The notes: generated from the sequence alone by a model not told the origin. A stretch of 64,000 bases of DNA from Bdellovibrionales bacterium (GCA_965261545.1 CBDHDF010000011.1:224001-288000), one strand, 5' to 3'; positions 29,926-40,296 are shown, numbered from the stretch's first letter. Translations and numbers: made by a program.

Positions 29926-30705
29926 TCAAGGAAATTTTTCCTGCTGTAAATGGATCTTCAAAATGTGATTATCTGCATCCTTAAGAACAAAAAAATCTTT
30001 CGCCTGCTTCATCTCTTGGTAAGTGACAGCGAAAATCTTTGAACTTCGATCACTACGAACCTCCTTATCAACCTTAAAGATAGATGAACGCAAAGATTCA
30101 GAAGACGTAATATAAAAGACAAAAACGACATTTGAAGAACAGTAGTATTTCAAGAATAAATCGTTATATCTTGACCTACTTTTTGCAGACTGTTCAAACT
30201 CAATGGCTCCTGAAAACTCACCTCCAGTTAGATTTATTCTCAAAAAAGCATCACTGTGACACTCAATAAATGCATCATAATTAAATACCTTACTCCCAAA
30301 AAGCCCTGATTGGAGTTCATTTTCTGTCAAATAATGGACAAGGCCCTTAGCTCTTAAGAACTGCTTTCGGACTTCAACCAATGAAAATTCATGATCTGAA
30401 TTTGCAGACCTAAGCTCCAATCTCTTCGGTTCCACTCCAAAAAGATCACACTTTCCAAGAATCTTATGTGTCAGTTGGTAAGCTGTTCTAGCTCCTTCAA
30501 ACCAAGAGGGAATACCTTTTATAAAACCATACTTAGATAACTTCCTTAATCTCTCATGAACCACTTGCCTAGAAAGTCCTGCAAATACATCCCGGTGGAT
30601 TTGCCAACGAGTGGCCCCCTTGGTGATAAAAAGATATTTTAACAATTCCTTATCTCTATTCGTTAAACGCATCTTATAATGACGACTATTCCCCATGAAT
30701 CTCAA
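29926..30705 (-). CDS. Replication-relaxation / MOB_C-like relaxase (wHTH plus PD-(D/E)XK)
   Basis: LTNRDKELL...RLRKL wHTH; SDA...AIEFEQSAKSRSRY motif. Confidence 0.75.
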   Translation of the reverse strand: MRFMGNSRHYKMRLTNRDKELLKYLFITKGATRWQIHRDVFAGLSRQVVHERLRKLSKYGFIKGIPSWFEGARTAYQLTHKILGKCDLFGVEPKRLELRSANSDHEFSLVEVRKQFLRAKGLVHYLTENELQSGLFGSKVFNYDAFIECHSDAFLRINLTGGEFSGAIEFEQSAKSRSRYNDLFLKYYCSSNVVFVFYITSSESLRSSIFKVDKEVRSDRSSKIFAVTYQEMKQAKDFFVLKDADNHILKIHLQQEKFP

Positions 30706-32209
30706 CCTTCTGGCTTTGGGAGGTATCTATAGGTGCCGAAAAAGATCCAACACTATCATTGTGCTTACCTTCCGAAGTGAGTTTTTCAGGTGGCTTTTCT
30801 AATGGTTTTGAGGAAGAAGAAATGAACTTTCTCATCCTTTCTTTAATCTCCTCTGTGGAAATAAAAGGTGTTTGAACCTCATCCATATCAACACCCACCT
30901 TGCTGATGGCACGACCTGCAATCTTTGGAAGGTCGCGAGCGGCCTTCGTACCAATAACAAGAGCTGAACCTTGAACAGATATAACTTTGAAACAAAGTCT
31001 CCCCTCAATGTTTTCCTGAATGTGGGTGCTCACCGTGTGTTTGCTAATTTTCTGAGTCCCTAGCACCAAATGAATCCGAGCCGCCCGTGATAGCTTGGCA
31101 ATCTCATCTGTGATTTGAGTGGCCTTCAGTGAACTTTTCCTTTGAAGATCGGTTTTCCGAGAAAAGTCATACAACATCGAACACTCATCTATGAGAATCA
31201 AGATGGGGTCTTTTTTGTGCTTCTGGGGGTCAATGACGTCATCATCTCCTTTTTCTAATATCTTAAAGCGTTCTTGCATTTCGCATTGAATCTTTTCTAA
31301 AATCTCAACAGCCTCAAAAATATCTTTTATCACCGTCACCCTTGGATGTTCCCGAAAGGGCTTCATAGAAATACCCTGTTTAAAATCAAGGGCATAAACC
31401 TGAAGATTCGGAGTGTTTTCCAAGAGATTAAGAAGCATTTGCCTAAGAAAGCATGACTTCCCCATGCCTGTGCTTCCAGCCACCAGCATATGAGGCAGAT
31501 CAAAAAGATTTTGGGTGATTGTCTCCCCATGACTCTGACCTACAACAAACTCTCCGGATTTGGAGGCTTTTGCGCAAACACTGGCATAGGCTACCTTTTG
31601 AGGTAGTAGCTGATTTGTAAGAAAAAGCTCCACAAACTTGGGCTGAGACTGCTCAACAATGGATTCCACTTGGGAGTTTAAAGACGCTCTAATGGCATTT
31701 TTCTTTTTTTGAAAATCCTCTATAGGAACCCCGTGGGTGTCCACAATCACTTTATGGCGAAAAGAGGTTAAGTTCACCACATCCACAGCAATGGGTTGAG
31801 TTCCCAAGGCATTTTTTAACCCCGCTTTTCTTAAAGCCTTTGTGACCCTCTTCATCTTTTTTATGCTTCCATAGGATAAAATATAGATGATAATTGCAAG
31901 CAAGGGGGTACTCAAAATGAGGAAGTGAACTTCCCATGATAGACTTCCCATGGTTCTTACAAAAGACAATGGAACAGTTTCGGGATACCATTTGTTGAGC
32001 CATATAAGATAAGTGTTCTTATAGGCCCAAACAAACATCAACAAAAAAAGGCTTATAATGTTCATTATACCATTTCCTGTGAGAGTTTTCGACCTCTTCA
32101 CAGCATGGTAACAACGCACATAAATGATAATAATGATTTTTCTAAGAGCATTAAAAACGTCCATAGGGCTTATGCCCCCTTTTGATTTACTCATAATTGT
32201 TCCTTTCAT
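30686..32209 (-). CDS. FtsK/SpoIIIE-family ATPase, probable coupling protein
   Basis: Two N-terminal TM helices; PHMLVAGSTGMGKS; LDFK; ILIDEC; RAARIHLVLGTQ. Confidence 0.9.
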   Translation of the reverse strand: MKGTIMSKSKGGISPMDVFNALRKIIIIIYVRCYHAVKRSKTLTGNGIMNIISLFLLMFVWAYKNTYLIWLNKWYPETVPLSFVRTMGSLSWEVHFLILSTPLLAIIIYILSYGSIKKMKRVTKALRKAGLKNALGTQPIAVDVVNLTSFRHKVIVDTHGVPIEDFQKKKNAIRASLNSQVESIVEQSQPKFVELFLTNQLLPQKVAYASVCAKASKSGEFVVGQSHGETITQNLFDLPHMLVAGSTGMGKSCFLRQMLLNLLENTPNLQVYALDFKQGISMKPFREHPRVTVIKDIFEAVEILEKIQCEMQERFKILEKGDDDVIDPQKHKKDPILILIDECSMLYDFSRKTDLQRKSSLKATQITDEIAKLSRAARIHLVLGTQKISKHTVSTHIQENIEGRLCFKVISVQGSALVIGTKAARDLPKIAGRAISKVGVDMDEVQTPFISTEEIKERMRKFISSSSKPLEKPPEKLTSEGKHNDSVGSFSAPIDTSQSQKVEIHGE

Positions 32210-33449
32210 TTTGATGGTTTTTATAATGATGATGGTTTGTTTTTTGCATTTTAAGAGTCTCTGTAAGACTCACAACAAGCTCTTTTCCGGGCTTCAGGGT
32301 GATGTAAGGCCCTTGACCACTAGAAGTCTTTAGCTGCAAGTTACCTTCCTTTTTGACGAACCCTGAAACTCCTCCTAAAAAGGCATTTCTTAGGGTGGGC
32401 TTTGTCGTAATGGTTTTTCCTTCACCGAGGGCTTCTTTTTCTTGGAGAACCTCACTGGCTCCAGAAACAAAACCCAAACCTAGAGTGGACCCCATTCGCC
32501 TGACCAGCCCACTGTGGTAATGGCCCATAAGTCCTGAAGCAAAATCCTTGGCATCCAAGGCCATGGCTGAGATTTTTATCTCCCGTCCATTTGGAAGAAC
32601 TCCCTTGTGGAACTGAATAAAGACCCTTGGCCCGTGTCCTGGATATGAGGGAGCGCCCCAAAGAACACTCCCCTGGGGGAGGCTCATATGCCCTTGAAGT
32701 CTGCCCTCCAAGGGAAGCACCACACGAACTAAAATGTCGGATTGACGGGTGTCCACATGGGAAAGAAGCTTTCCGATGAAAAGAGTTCCTGAAGGCAAGG
32801 TTTTGCTGTCACTGATATCTGGGCGGACAAAGACTTGCTGGGCCTTATACTTAATAGGAACTTTTTTTCTCTGTCTTCTCAAGACAGCCTTTTGGGGAAA
32901 GGGAGAAGGGCCATCGCTAGCAAGATTTTTTCTCTGAAGCTCATTAAATTCATTGAGTTTAGCTATAGCGGAGCCTTCCCCTTCTTGGCTTGAGCCAAGG
33001 GGCTGAGGGTTTCCATTGAGGTTGCTCTCACCTATGATCTCTTCCAGAGAAACCGCTTCATAAAGACTACGATCCTCTCTTGACGAAGATAGCCAACTCA
33101 TAGTGAGTGAAACAAAAACAGAGAGCCACATCACCGAAAGAAAAGCTCTTGCCAGATTTATGGTCACTTTCTTTGGATATTGAGTGAACAAATAGCCTAG
33201 AACAAAAGAGGTACCATTTGAGATACTCTTTGAAAGACTATTTGAGATACTCCTTTGAATCCACCTTTTGCTTTTAAGAAAAAAAATTTTCTTGAATTTC
33301 AAAGATTTTAAAGACTTCAAAGATTTCTTGTCCTGCTTAGTTTTCTTAGAGTCTAATCTCTGAAATGACTTCTTCTTGCCTGAAAAAAGGAATCTAAAAA
33401 TAGAAAGAAAGAATCTAAAACTAAATATTTGATACTTCATTTGTACCAC
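32187..33449 (-). CDS. VirB10/TrbI-like T4SS core protein
   Basis: Single TM then LPSGTLFIGKL, LPQGSVLWG, RVFIQF, GLMG, C-terminal ITLKPGKELVV. Confidence 0.75.
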   Translation of the reverse strand: MVQMKYQIFSFRFFLSIFRFLFSGKKKSFQRLDSKKTKQDKKSLKSLKSLKFKKIFFLKSKRWIQRSISNSLSKSISNGTSFVLGYLFTQYPKKVTINLARAFLSVMWLSVFVSLTMSWLSSSREDRSLYEAVSLEEIIGESNLNGNPQPLGSSQEGEGSAIAKLNEFNELQRKNLASDGPSPFPQKAVLRRQRKKVPIKYKAQQVFVRPDISDSKTLPSGTLFIGKLLSHVDTRQSDILVRVVLPLEGRLQGHMSLPQGSVLWGAPSYPGHGPRVFIQFHKGVLPNGREIKISAMALDAKDFASGLMGHYHSGLVRRMGSTLGLGFVSGASEVLQEKEALGEGKTITTKPTLRNAFLGGVSGFVKKEGNLQLKTSSGQGPYITLKPGKELVVSLTETLKMQKTNHHHYKNHQNERNNYE

Positions 33450-33970
33450 CTCCTAAAGGTTGTGATTGGATCTAATGCTATGATTTGACTTGATGTTGTA
33501 ATCTGCCCTGGTGCAATAATTTTGATTTGACTTGATGTTGTGATCTGACCTGATTGATCTCCATGGGTCTTCATTGATCTCAAAGAGAGCTTCTTAGAAA
33601 ATCTTGTGGGACGTTTCCAATAAACTTTCACTAAGTCATCATAGACTTGGCACCTGCAAACTCTTAAAATAAAACCAAAGCGATGCTGGCCACTGTAGAT
33701 GAATAAATTGCTCGAAAGTTGAGACAAAGGCTGAATGGTCACGTCATTACCTGTAAATTTGATGCTAAAATAATTGCTGTTCCCGTTCACAGCCTTCTTG
33801 GGCCTATCAATGAAATGAAGAATGGTGGAATGCCCCATGGAAAGGGTGATTGTTTCCATCTTATTGTCATTCATTTCAACAACACGCACCCTAGAGTAAG
33901 ATAGAGTCGTAGCAAGAAAAACACTCAAAAAAATAAAAACTAACCAATAAATGCTCCTTTGAATATTCAT
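33437..33970 (-). CDS. VirB9/TrbG-like T4SS protein (short)
   Basis: Signal peptide; ITLSMGHSTILHF...VTIQP...SNLFIY; position between VirB8- and VirB10-like genes. Confidence 0.65.
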   Translation of the reverse strand: MNIQRSIYWLVFIFLSVFLATTLSYSRVRVVEMNDNKMETITLSMGHSTILHFIDRPKKAVNGNSNYFSIKFTGNDVTIQPLSQLSSNLFIYSGQHRFGFILRVCRCQVYDDLVKVYWKRPTRFSKKLSLRSMKTHGDQSGQITTSSQIKIIAPGQITTSSQIIALDPITTFRRWYK

Positions 33971-34563
33971 TATTTATTAAACTCCTTAATGGCACTGATA
34001 TAAATGCCTTTTGGGTTCCACTTGTTGGGTTTATCTCTCATTAATTCAAGATGGATTTTTAAAGGCTGAACCGATTTGACCCTCTTGCCCAATGAAATAA
34101 CACGGTCTATTTCCACATGAACATATCCGTCCTTGGCTTCTATGTTTTGAATCACTACATCTTGAGAAATAGAGTTTTTCTTTATAAATTCTTTGGAATC
34201 CTTTATTTGTTGAAGCACCTTTTTTAGTAAACTATAAGACGCATAGGGGCTTATGTTTCGCATGATGTTTTCCATATTGTAGGACTTCCATTGATAACGC
34301 TCTAAAACAAATCTCTTGGCTGCCTTTTTAAGGTCGGATTCTTGAAGTTCCACCTCCTTTCTTTCTCCGACAAAATAAAAACTTTCTGACTCTGTGAGAG
34401 CAATCACTAGATTTTTCTGATTCATTAAATAAATCATAGTTCCCACAAGAAGCACATTGGACAGAATGAGCCCAAGAGATATTGTTCTTAAATTCCTAAT
34501 AATAAGACTGGCCTTGATCCAATGATTGCAAGGGCCTAAACGCTTTGATTTCATGTTCATCAT
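33970..34563 (-). CDS. VirB8/TraE-like bitopic T4SS protein
   Basis: N-terminal TM, FVLERYQW, C-terminal NPKGIYI. Confidence 0.7.
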   Translation of the reverse strand: MMNMKSKRLGPCNHWIKASLIIRNLRTISLGLILSNVLLVGTMIYLMNQKNLVIALTESESFYFVGERKEVELQESDLKKAAKRFVLERYQWKSYNMENIMRNISPYASYSLLKKVLQQIKDSKEFIKKNSISQDVVIQNIEAKDGYVHVEIDRVISLGKRVKSVQPLKIHLELMRDKPNKWNPKGIYISAIKEFNK

Positions 34564-35684
34564 TTTTTATCACCTCCTTGAGGGCTTTCTCCCCCTGGTT
34601 TGTTAAAATCTTCTTTTTGTCTCTTCATGCTTTGGCTCCCATAGCGACTCTGAAAATAACTTTTGGAATGGCCCTCGGAGTGGTCTCGGAAGTGGCCTTG
34701 AAAATGACTCTGGGAAGGATCTTGAAAATGACCTTGGGAATGACTCTGAGAACGACTCCGAGAATAGTTTTTGGGTTGAGATTGAGTCCATTCACTGAGC
34801 TTCTTAAAACCTCTTGATTGAGCAAAATTCCCAAAATTTTTGAGGTTTCTTGCTGTGATCTTGACTCCATGACTTGCCACTTGTTTCCCTTTTTGGGATG
34901 AGAGGGTCGCAGCCTTTTTTATATGCCCTGTAATGATTTTTTGAGAAGCAATGGCTGGAATGGCCGCCAAGCCTCCTGCAAAAGTTGCAAAATCAGAGGA
35001 TAAAAAAGCCTTGGTTGTGATCGGAACGACAAGCATACTTGTACCAATGAAAAGATTGATGACAATGAGAAGTATGGCATTGTAGTCATCTCCTTGGGTA
35101 ATGGGAGCATGGGCTGTAAGCTTCAAAAGAATGACTCCAAGAGCCGTCCAAGTGATTTTCCAGACCATAACAATGCATAGACTTCGGTAAAGCCCCTTGG
35201 TGATCTGTGAGGTGGCCTCGGAGATATAGGCAAGTATCATCAAAGGGGACATGACAAATAAAATTCCCCAACAAAAATGCACCAAGGCATCAGCAATAAA
35301 AGCCCCCAAGTAGGCAAAAATAAAAGAAAGGAGGCTTAAAACCCAAATAAGGGTTTCTTTAAATTGATGCCAACTAAGCTCCATATCTTTGACAAACTTC
35401 CACATCTCGCTAAGCACCTCATTGATATGAGGCGTGGGGCTGATATGAGTGACAATGCCGTCACCAATCAGAGATATCATGCGAAAGACCTCATCAAAAC
35501 TCATAAGCAATATGATGGATAAAGCCGCTCTTTTGATAATGCCAAGGGCATTGGGTTCACGCTCTGGCAACTTAAAAAATTCTAAAATAATCAGCAAAAG
35601 AGTGAGGGGCACAATAGATATCCAATAGATTTCTATCATGTTAGACCGGATCTCTTTACAAACCTCTGGTAGCCACTCGTACAT
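34560..35684 (-). CDS. VirB6-like polytopic membrane protein
   Basis: Several TM helices, FVMSPLMIL motif, low-complexity S/Q/H tail. Confidence 0.7.
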   Translation of the reverse strand: MYEWLPEVCKEIRSNMIEIYWISIVPLTLLLIILEFFKLPEREPNALGIIKRAALSIILLMSFDEVFRMISLIGDGIVTHISPTPHINEVLSEMWKFVKDMELSWHQFKETLIWVLSLLSFIFAYLGAFIADALVHFCWGILFVMSPLMILAYISEATSQITKGLYRSLCIVMVWKITWTALGVILLKLTAHAPITQGDDYNAILLIVINLFIGTSMLVVPITTKAFLSSDFATFAGGLAAIPAIASQKIITGHIKKAATLSSQKGKQVASHGVKITARNLKNFGNFAQSRGFKKLSEWTQSQPKNYSRSRSQSHSQGHFQDPSQSHFQGHFRDHSEGHSKSYFQSRYGSQSMKRQKEDFNKPGGESPQGGDKK

Positions 35685-36553
35685 TAAAACACCGGAGGAG
35701 TTGCAAAAGTTGCTTCAAAGGTGTTCAAACTATGGCCCAAGTCACGGGTCACTTTCTTAAAATGATGGTTGGACTCCTTGGCCGCCTTGTTGGACAATGC
35801 CAAGGATTCACTTTGAAGTTTTAGCATTTGACCATTGATCTTTAAAATCTGACTGAGAATATGAAGAATGGCTGCCTGCCCCTCAAGGTTTGTGCGAGCC
35901 GCACCTTTAAGGCCCATATGAGGGGCACTTGCTGCCATACGCCTTGAGTTCTGTTCCTGCGAATGGGCGTAGGAATTTATGGAGCTTACCATTTTAATAC
36001 TCTCTGCCACTGTCTCATCGTGAAGCCTTAACAATAGCTCTTCTTTCCCACGGGGGATTTGACCATAAAGGCGTTCAACCTCATCCATGGCCCCTTTAAA
36101 TGATTTCAAGTCTCCAAGGATTTTCCCACCTTCAATGGGAAAGCTTTCTAAAAGGCCCATGGCCTCATTAAGACCCATATTGATAGACTCGATCATATCC
36201 TTATGTTCCTTGGCATTTTCATAAATTACTTTCATTTGTTCGTATTGTTTGACGGACTGAGAAAGAATCTTAATGAGGTAAGGGGTTGTCATGGCTCCAT
36301 CAATACCTAAAAGCGCATGGCTTTTGTGGGGAGTGAAAGTGACAACAGTCCCTACAAACAGTAAGAATCCTAGGGCGAACAACAGGCGAGAAAATAATGG
36401 GTTCAAGGTGAACAACAGGCGAGGGAATAGCAGGCTTAGGGGGAACAATAGGCGATGAAATAACAGACTTAGAGCGAGTAACAAGTTTGGTGTGACAGAC
36501 TTACATATAAATTCACATAGAAACGCATAGAAAGGAATTTTAATTTTTTTCAA
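35684..36553 (-). CDS. VirB5/TrbJ-like exported helical protein
   Basis: Extended repeated signal region ending SHA; YLIKIL...QYEQMK helical body; position after VirB4. Confidence 0.55.
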   Translation of the reverse strand: MKKIKIPFYAFLCEFICKSVTPNLLLALSLLFHRLLFPLSLLFPRLLFTLNPLFSRLLFALGFLLFVGTVVTFTPHKSHALLGIDGAMTTPYLIKILSQSVKQYEQMKVIYENAKEHKDMIESINMGLNEAMGLLESFPIEGGKILGDLKSFKGAMDEVERLYGQIPRGKEELLLRLHDETVAESIKMVSSINSYAHSQEQNSRRMAASAPHMGLKGAARTNLEGQAAILHILSQILKINGQMLKLQSESLALSNKAAKESNHHFKKVTRDLGHSLNTFEATFATPPVF

Positions 36554-37749
36554 CTTTGCCCTCCTTGGGTTATCTTATGGCTTACAATTTCTTCCAAGAC
36601 CTCCAAATAACTGTGGTCTGGGAATTTCTCTTTAAATTGATGAATAATGGCCTTGTCCTTGGGGTCCGTGGTGCAAATCCAATAGGACAAGGGATCAGGT
36701 TCAATCTTGAGGATGGACTCTTTGTCATCTTGAATATAAAGACATTCTGAAAAGCCTCCCTTCTGTGAACGCAGAGATTTGACAACCTCAATCTCTGTTT
36801 CATTGAGTGAGAGAATTTCTTGAAATTCCTTCCAGTCCACCCCACGCTGCTTTAAAATGATTCGACTGGGTGTGTTTTGCATAATGGCGGCGGCCACCTC
36901 TGGATCAAACATAAAATCTTTAATGGATTGAGTGATTCCCCAAATTCCACCATAGAACTTCCTCATAGTGCGGTAGCACTCAATGACAAATTGGGCGGCA
37001 CTCTCGTTTTGTAAGAGCTTCCAAATCTCATCCACAATGAGAAGGTATCTCTGGGAGGGATTTTTAGACGCCTCATTCATAATATACTCAGTTAAAATGA
37101 GTAAAAGGACTCGCTGAAGATCGGGGTAAACATCAAGCCCCTTCACTTCAATGGCCACAAGGGGTTTTGTGAGTTCAATATTGGTGGGACCATCAAGAAG
37201 CTTTCCGTAGGCACTGGCCCCTGTCCAAGAATACAAAATATCAGCGTACCTTCTCATTTCAACAAGGGGGTGGTTCTTCAATATCTTGAGAAGATCGGTC
37301 ATTGTGGGAGACCCACAAGGTGACGCACAAGAAGATCCACGGGAGGGAACGCAGGAGGAAGTACTGAAAAAGGGAATGTTGAAAAATTGAGTGTAGGTTT
37401 CAGAAATGGCTTGTTCCAAAAGAGCTTTTTCTCTTTTGGGTAACCCCTTTGAATCATCTTCTTTGCAGATGGATTCAATAACTCCTAAAAGGAGTTTTTT
37501 CTTAGTGGGGGAAGCTTCCATCTCTCCCCGGCCCAATTGAAAGGCGTTCAGGACAATGCCACTTTCAAGATTCAAGTCAATGAATTGCCCCCCCAGTGAG
37601 TCCACAAGTCCACGGGAAGAAGCCCCATTGTCTATCCAAACCACCTTGGAAAGTCCAAGGTGGTTTTTTGTCTTCGCCTTCTTCATATTCTTCATATTTG
37701 ATTTCCTATTCATGTCTGGTTTCCTGCTTATGTTTGATTCCCTATTCAT
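36550..37749 (-). CDS. virB4: VirB4 ATPase, C-terminal part
   Basis: VVWIDNGAS, LNAF, PTMTDL, Walker B LLIVDEIW, RKFYG...ITQS; own AGGAG RBS. Confidence 0.85.
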   Translation of the reverse strand: MNRESNISRKPDMNRKSNMKNMKKAKTKNHLGLSKVVWIDNGASSRGLVDSLGGQFIDLNLESGIVLNAFQLGRGEMEASPTKKKLLLGVIESICKEDDSKGLPKREKALLEQAISETYTQFFNIPFFSTSSCVPSRGSSCASPCGSPTMTDLLKILKNHPLVEMRRYADILYSWTGASAYGKLLDGPTNIELTKPLVAIEVKGLDVYPDLQRVLLLILTEYIMNEASKNPSQRYLLIVDEIWKLLQNESAAQFVIECYRTMRKFYGGIWGITQSIKDFMFDPEVAAAIMQNTPSRIILKQRGVDWKEFQEILSLNETEIEVVKSLRSQKGGFSECLYIQDDKESILKIEPDPLSYWICTTDPKDKAIIHQFKEKFPDHSYLEVLEEIVSHKITQGGQS

Positions 37750-39149
37750 GTTTGATCTCCTATAAACATTAAAATAAGTTGGCTTATGGTGAAGGATTTC
37801 CCACTCCCACTGGAACCAATGACAAACCCATTCCAGTTGGGCAGTTCTGGCGCAAAAGGGTCGATGGACACCAAAACATGATCCCGGTTAGTGACAAGGC
37901 ATGTGGGCTTGTTGTTTCCCCTCCAGAATGAAAAAACAGGCAGCAAGTGAGAGAGGTTGGAAGATTTCATTTTCTTAGGACGGTTGGTTTGGCAAAGGCC
38001 CGGAGTCGTCTTTAAGAAAGTATCCAGTGTTGCGAAGGTTTCCACCAAACCCTCGGAGTGATTAAGGCTTTTAAAGGTTCTTAAGACTTCATCGCATTTC
38101 TCATCAAGTTCTCTTGTGGTTTTTCCCCAAATAATGACATTCAGGTCAGCCTCAACCACTTTTTCAGAGCTATCAATAATATCAGACAAAAGACCCTCAA
38201 TTTGGCCAAGCTTTGATTCGCTCTCAAGGTCTTGAACGTGATTGCGCTCACTGCTTGCCATGGAGTGGACAATTCTCCTTTTAAGTTGAAGGACGTTGTA
38301 CTCCCTCGTCTGGTCACAAACTTTAACCACCTGGCTGATCCAGCAATGAAAGGGTAAGGCCAAGAGTTCACGAATGAGCCCCGAATAAGTTTCATCGGGA
38401 AGAGTTCTTAAACTCACGGCTCTAAACTTGTAGCTTCCCACCATCACGTCATGAGAGCTTAGGTGGATATCACTAAGCAAAAACTGTGAGAGCAGGGAGC
38501 TTGGTGAAAAAGCCCTAGGACCTTTGAGTTCTGGAACCCTATGGACTTCGGACCTTGATAGGTTGAAATGTTCATACAGAAGCTCAAACCATTCCTTAGA
38601 TGACAAACGACTCTTGAAGAGTTGCCCATCCTTAAGAGAAGATTCCAAGTGGCTCACCGTTCTTTCAAATCGTTCCACATGGGTTTCAAAGTCCTTGGCT
38701 TGAGCCTTTGTGAAGGGTTTTGTTTTTTGAAAAATCCCCTGCTTCCTAAAGGCAAAGGGAAGACCCTTGAGAAAGCAATAGATTTCAGGTTCAAAGAAAT
38801 AACCCATTTCACGATGACTCTTAAGATGAGAAGTTCGCCCCTCCATGATCTTGCGATAGCCCTCAAGAGGACAATTTCTTGATAAAGAAAGATGCTCCTC
38901 AACAAGGGAGTCCACCTTGGGGGTGAGCTTATAAAGAATCTGCAAAGAGGTTCCCGTTCCAAGACCTGTGATAAGGTTTTCAAGTTTTCTTGTAAACTGG
39001 TTGATCTCATCTGCGGTGGCACAGGAAACATCTTTTCCCTTAATCTTAAAGCCGCAACCCAAGGAACCATCTCCAAAAACCATATAATTTCCAAAGAAAT
39101 GCCATAGATTTAAAAAATCACCGATGTTCTGAGGAACTAACAATTTCAT
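37746..39149 (-). CDS. virB4: VirB4/TraC ATPase, N-terminal part including Walker A
   Basis: DGSLGCGF, SLRTLP, IDPF...NWNGFVIGSSGSGKSF; likely start MKLLVPQ at 39149 after GGAGG. Confidence 0.85.
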   Translation of the reverse strand: MKLLVPQNIGDFLNLWHFFGNYMVFGDGSLGCGFKIKGKDVSCATADEINQFTRKLENLITGLGTGTSLQILYKLTPKVDSLVEEHLSLSRNCPLEGYRKIMEGRTSHLKSHREMGYFFEPEIYCFLKGLPFAFRKQGIFQKTKPFTKAQAKDFETHVERFERTVSHLESSLKDGQLFKSRLSSKEWFELLYEHFNLSRSEVHRVPELKGPRAFSPSSLLSQFLLSDIHLSSHDVMVGSYKFRAVSLRTLPDETYSGLIRELLALPFHCWISQVVKVCDQTREYNVLQLKRRIVHSMASSERNHVQDLESESKLGQIEGLLSDIIDSSEKVVEADLNVIIWGKTTRELDEKCDEVLRTFKSLNHSEGLVETFATLDTFLKTTPGLCQTNRPKKMKSSNLSHLLPVFSFWRGNNKPTCLVTNRDHVLVSIDPFAPELPNWNGFVIGSSGSGKSFTISQLILMFIGDQT

Positions 39150-39537
39150 GCCTCCTTTCTTCTTCAAAGCTAAGCTCATCTCCCACACAAAAAATGCCTG
39201 GGAGTACGGAGAATTTGATAAAGTCTTGAATATAACGCTCAGGCTTTCCCCTCTTGCCAAAATAAATTCCAAGTGCTAAAAGGGCCGGGAGCCCAAAAAC
39301 AAGGGCTCCCGTAAACAGGTTTAAGTTTTGGCTATAAAGGCTTTGACTATAAGCTTGGTCGTAAACATGGCTATATGCCTGACCATAAGTTTGACCATGA
39401 ACCTGACCATAAATCTGGCCAAAAATAAGATTCATCACAGATGCAAAAGCTCCCACAGCAATCACATCAAAAAGCTCCATGCCCAAAATCTTGATCTTTG
39501 AATCAAGGTTTCTATGAACAACAGACCGATCTATCAA
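39118..39537 (-). CDS. VirB3-like membrane protein
   Basis: VHRNLDSKIKILGMELFD, two TM helices, GKRGKPERY; TTG start overlaps VirB2 stop. Confidence 0.6.
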   Translation of the reverse strand: MIDRSVVHRNLDSKIKILGMELFDVIAVGAFASVMNLIFGQIYGQVHGQTYGQAYSHVYDQAYSQSLYSQNLNLFTGALVFGLPALLALGIYFGKRGKPERYIQDFIKFSVLPGIFCVGDELSFEEERRHEIVSSSEHR

Positions 39538-39857
39538 TTGAGGACCCCTTGGAGCCACCCAATAATGTAGGGAGCTAAAAAACCCACCCCACTGCCGATC
39601 AGACAAAACCAAATCTTTGACTTGGCTCCTTCATTGCCAATGGCGGCAAGAATCCCAGCCATGACTAAACCCAGAACACTCATCACGGGGAGAATGAAGG
39701 ATGACAATTTGTGTTGTAGATGAGTCATTTTATTTTCAAAACCTGACTTCAAGACCACAGCAAGGGCTTCACTTTGATAGAAGAAAGAAAAAAGCACCAA
39801 AAGGCTTAAAAGAAATATAATGACGGTTATTTGCTTCATCTCAGTTGTTTTCTTCAT
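39534..39857 (-). CDS. VirB2/TrbC-like conjugative pilin
   Basis: Signal peptide ending ALA followed by two hydrophobic helices; first of the virB-like genes. Confidence 0.65.
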   Translation of the reverse strand: MKKTTEMKQITVIIFLLSLLVLFSFFYQSEALAVVLKSGFENKMTHLQHKLSSFILPVMSVLGLVMAGILAAIGNEGAKSKIWFCLIGSGVGFLAPYIIGWLQGVLN

Positions 39858-39858
39858 T

Positions 39859-40296
39859 TTAGTTGGCCTCCTTCATAGGTTGATTAAATTGATTTGAATG
39901 ATTTAAAGAGTTTTTGGATTCGTCCCTTAAGCTCACCACAAGCTGTTTGAAGAATGGGGCGGGTTGCATGATAATCTCATGGGTGGAGGGGTCTAAAAAC
40001 CCCTCCCCTTGAGTAAAAATTTTTGTTCTTCCTCCTCTTTCTTTCATGGGTTTCATGGAGATGAGTCGGTAGCGACATGGCCTGCCAGCCTCACCTCCCA
40101 TGGGTTTTACAAAGTAATGGTTGTCTGGAAAGAAATTGAGAATGAGGCGGTAGTCACCATTTTTCTCATTGTAGTAGGCAACACCTGCCATTTCTCTGGA
40201 ATTTGTGTGGGGGCAATGCCACCACACATAAAACCTTTCATTGGCCTTGTTCTTATCATTGGAGTCGTTGGCATCGTTCTTAGGAAGTCTATTCAT
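39859..40296 (-). CDS. Hypothetical ICE protein (small beta-rich)
   Basis: Probable start MNRLPK at 40296, overlapping the upstream stop. Confidence 0.6.
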   Translation of the reverse strand: MNRLPKNDANDSNDKNKANERFYVWWHCPHTNSREMAGVAYYNEKNGDYRLILNFFPDNHYFVKPMGGEAGRPCRYRLISMKPMKERGGRTKIFTQGEGFLDPSTHEIIMQPAPFFKQLVVSLRDESKNSLNHSNQFNQPMKEAN

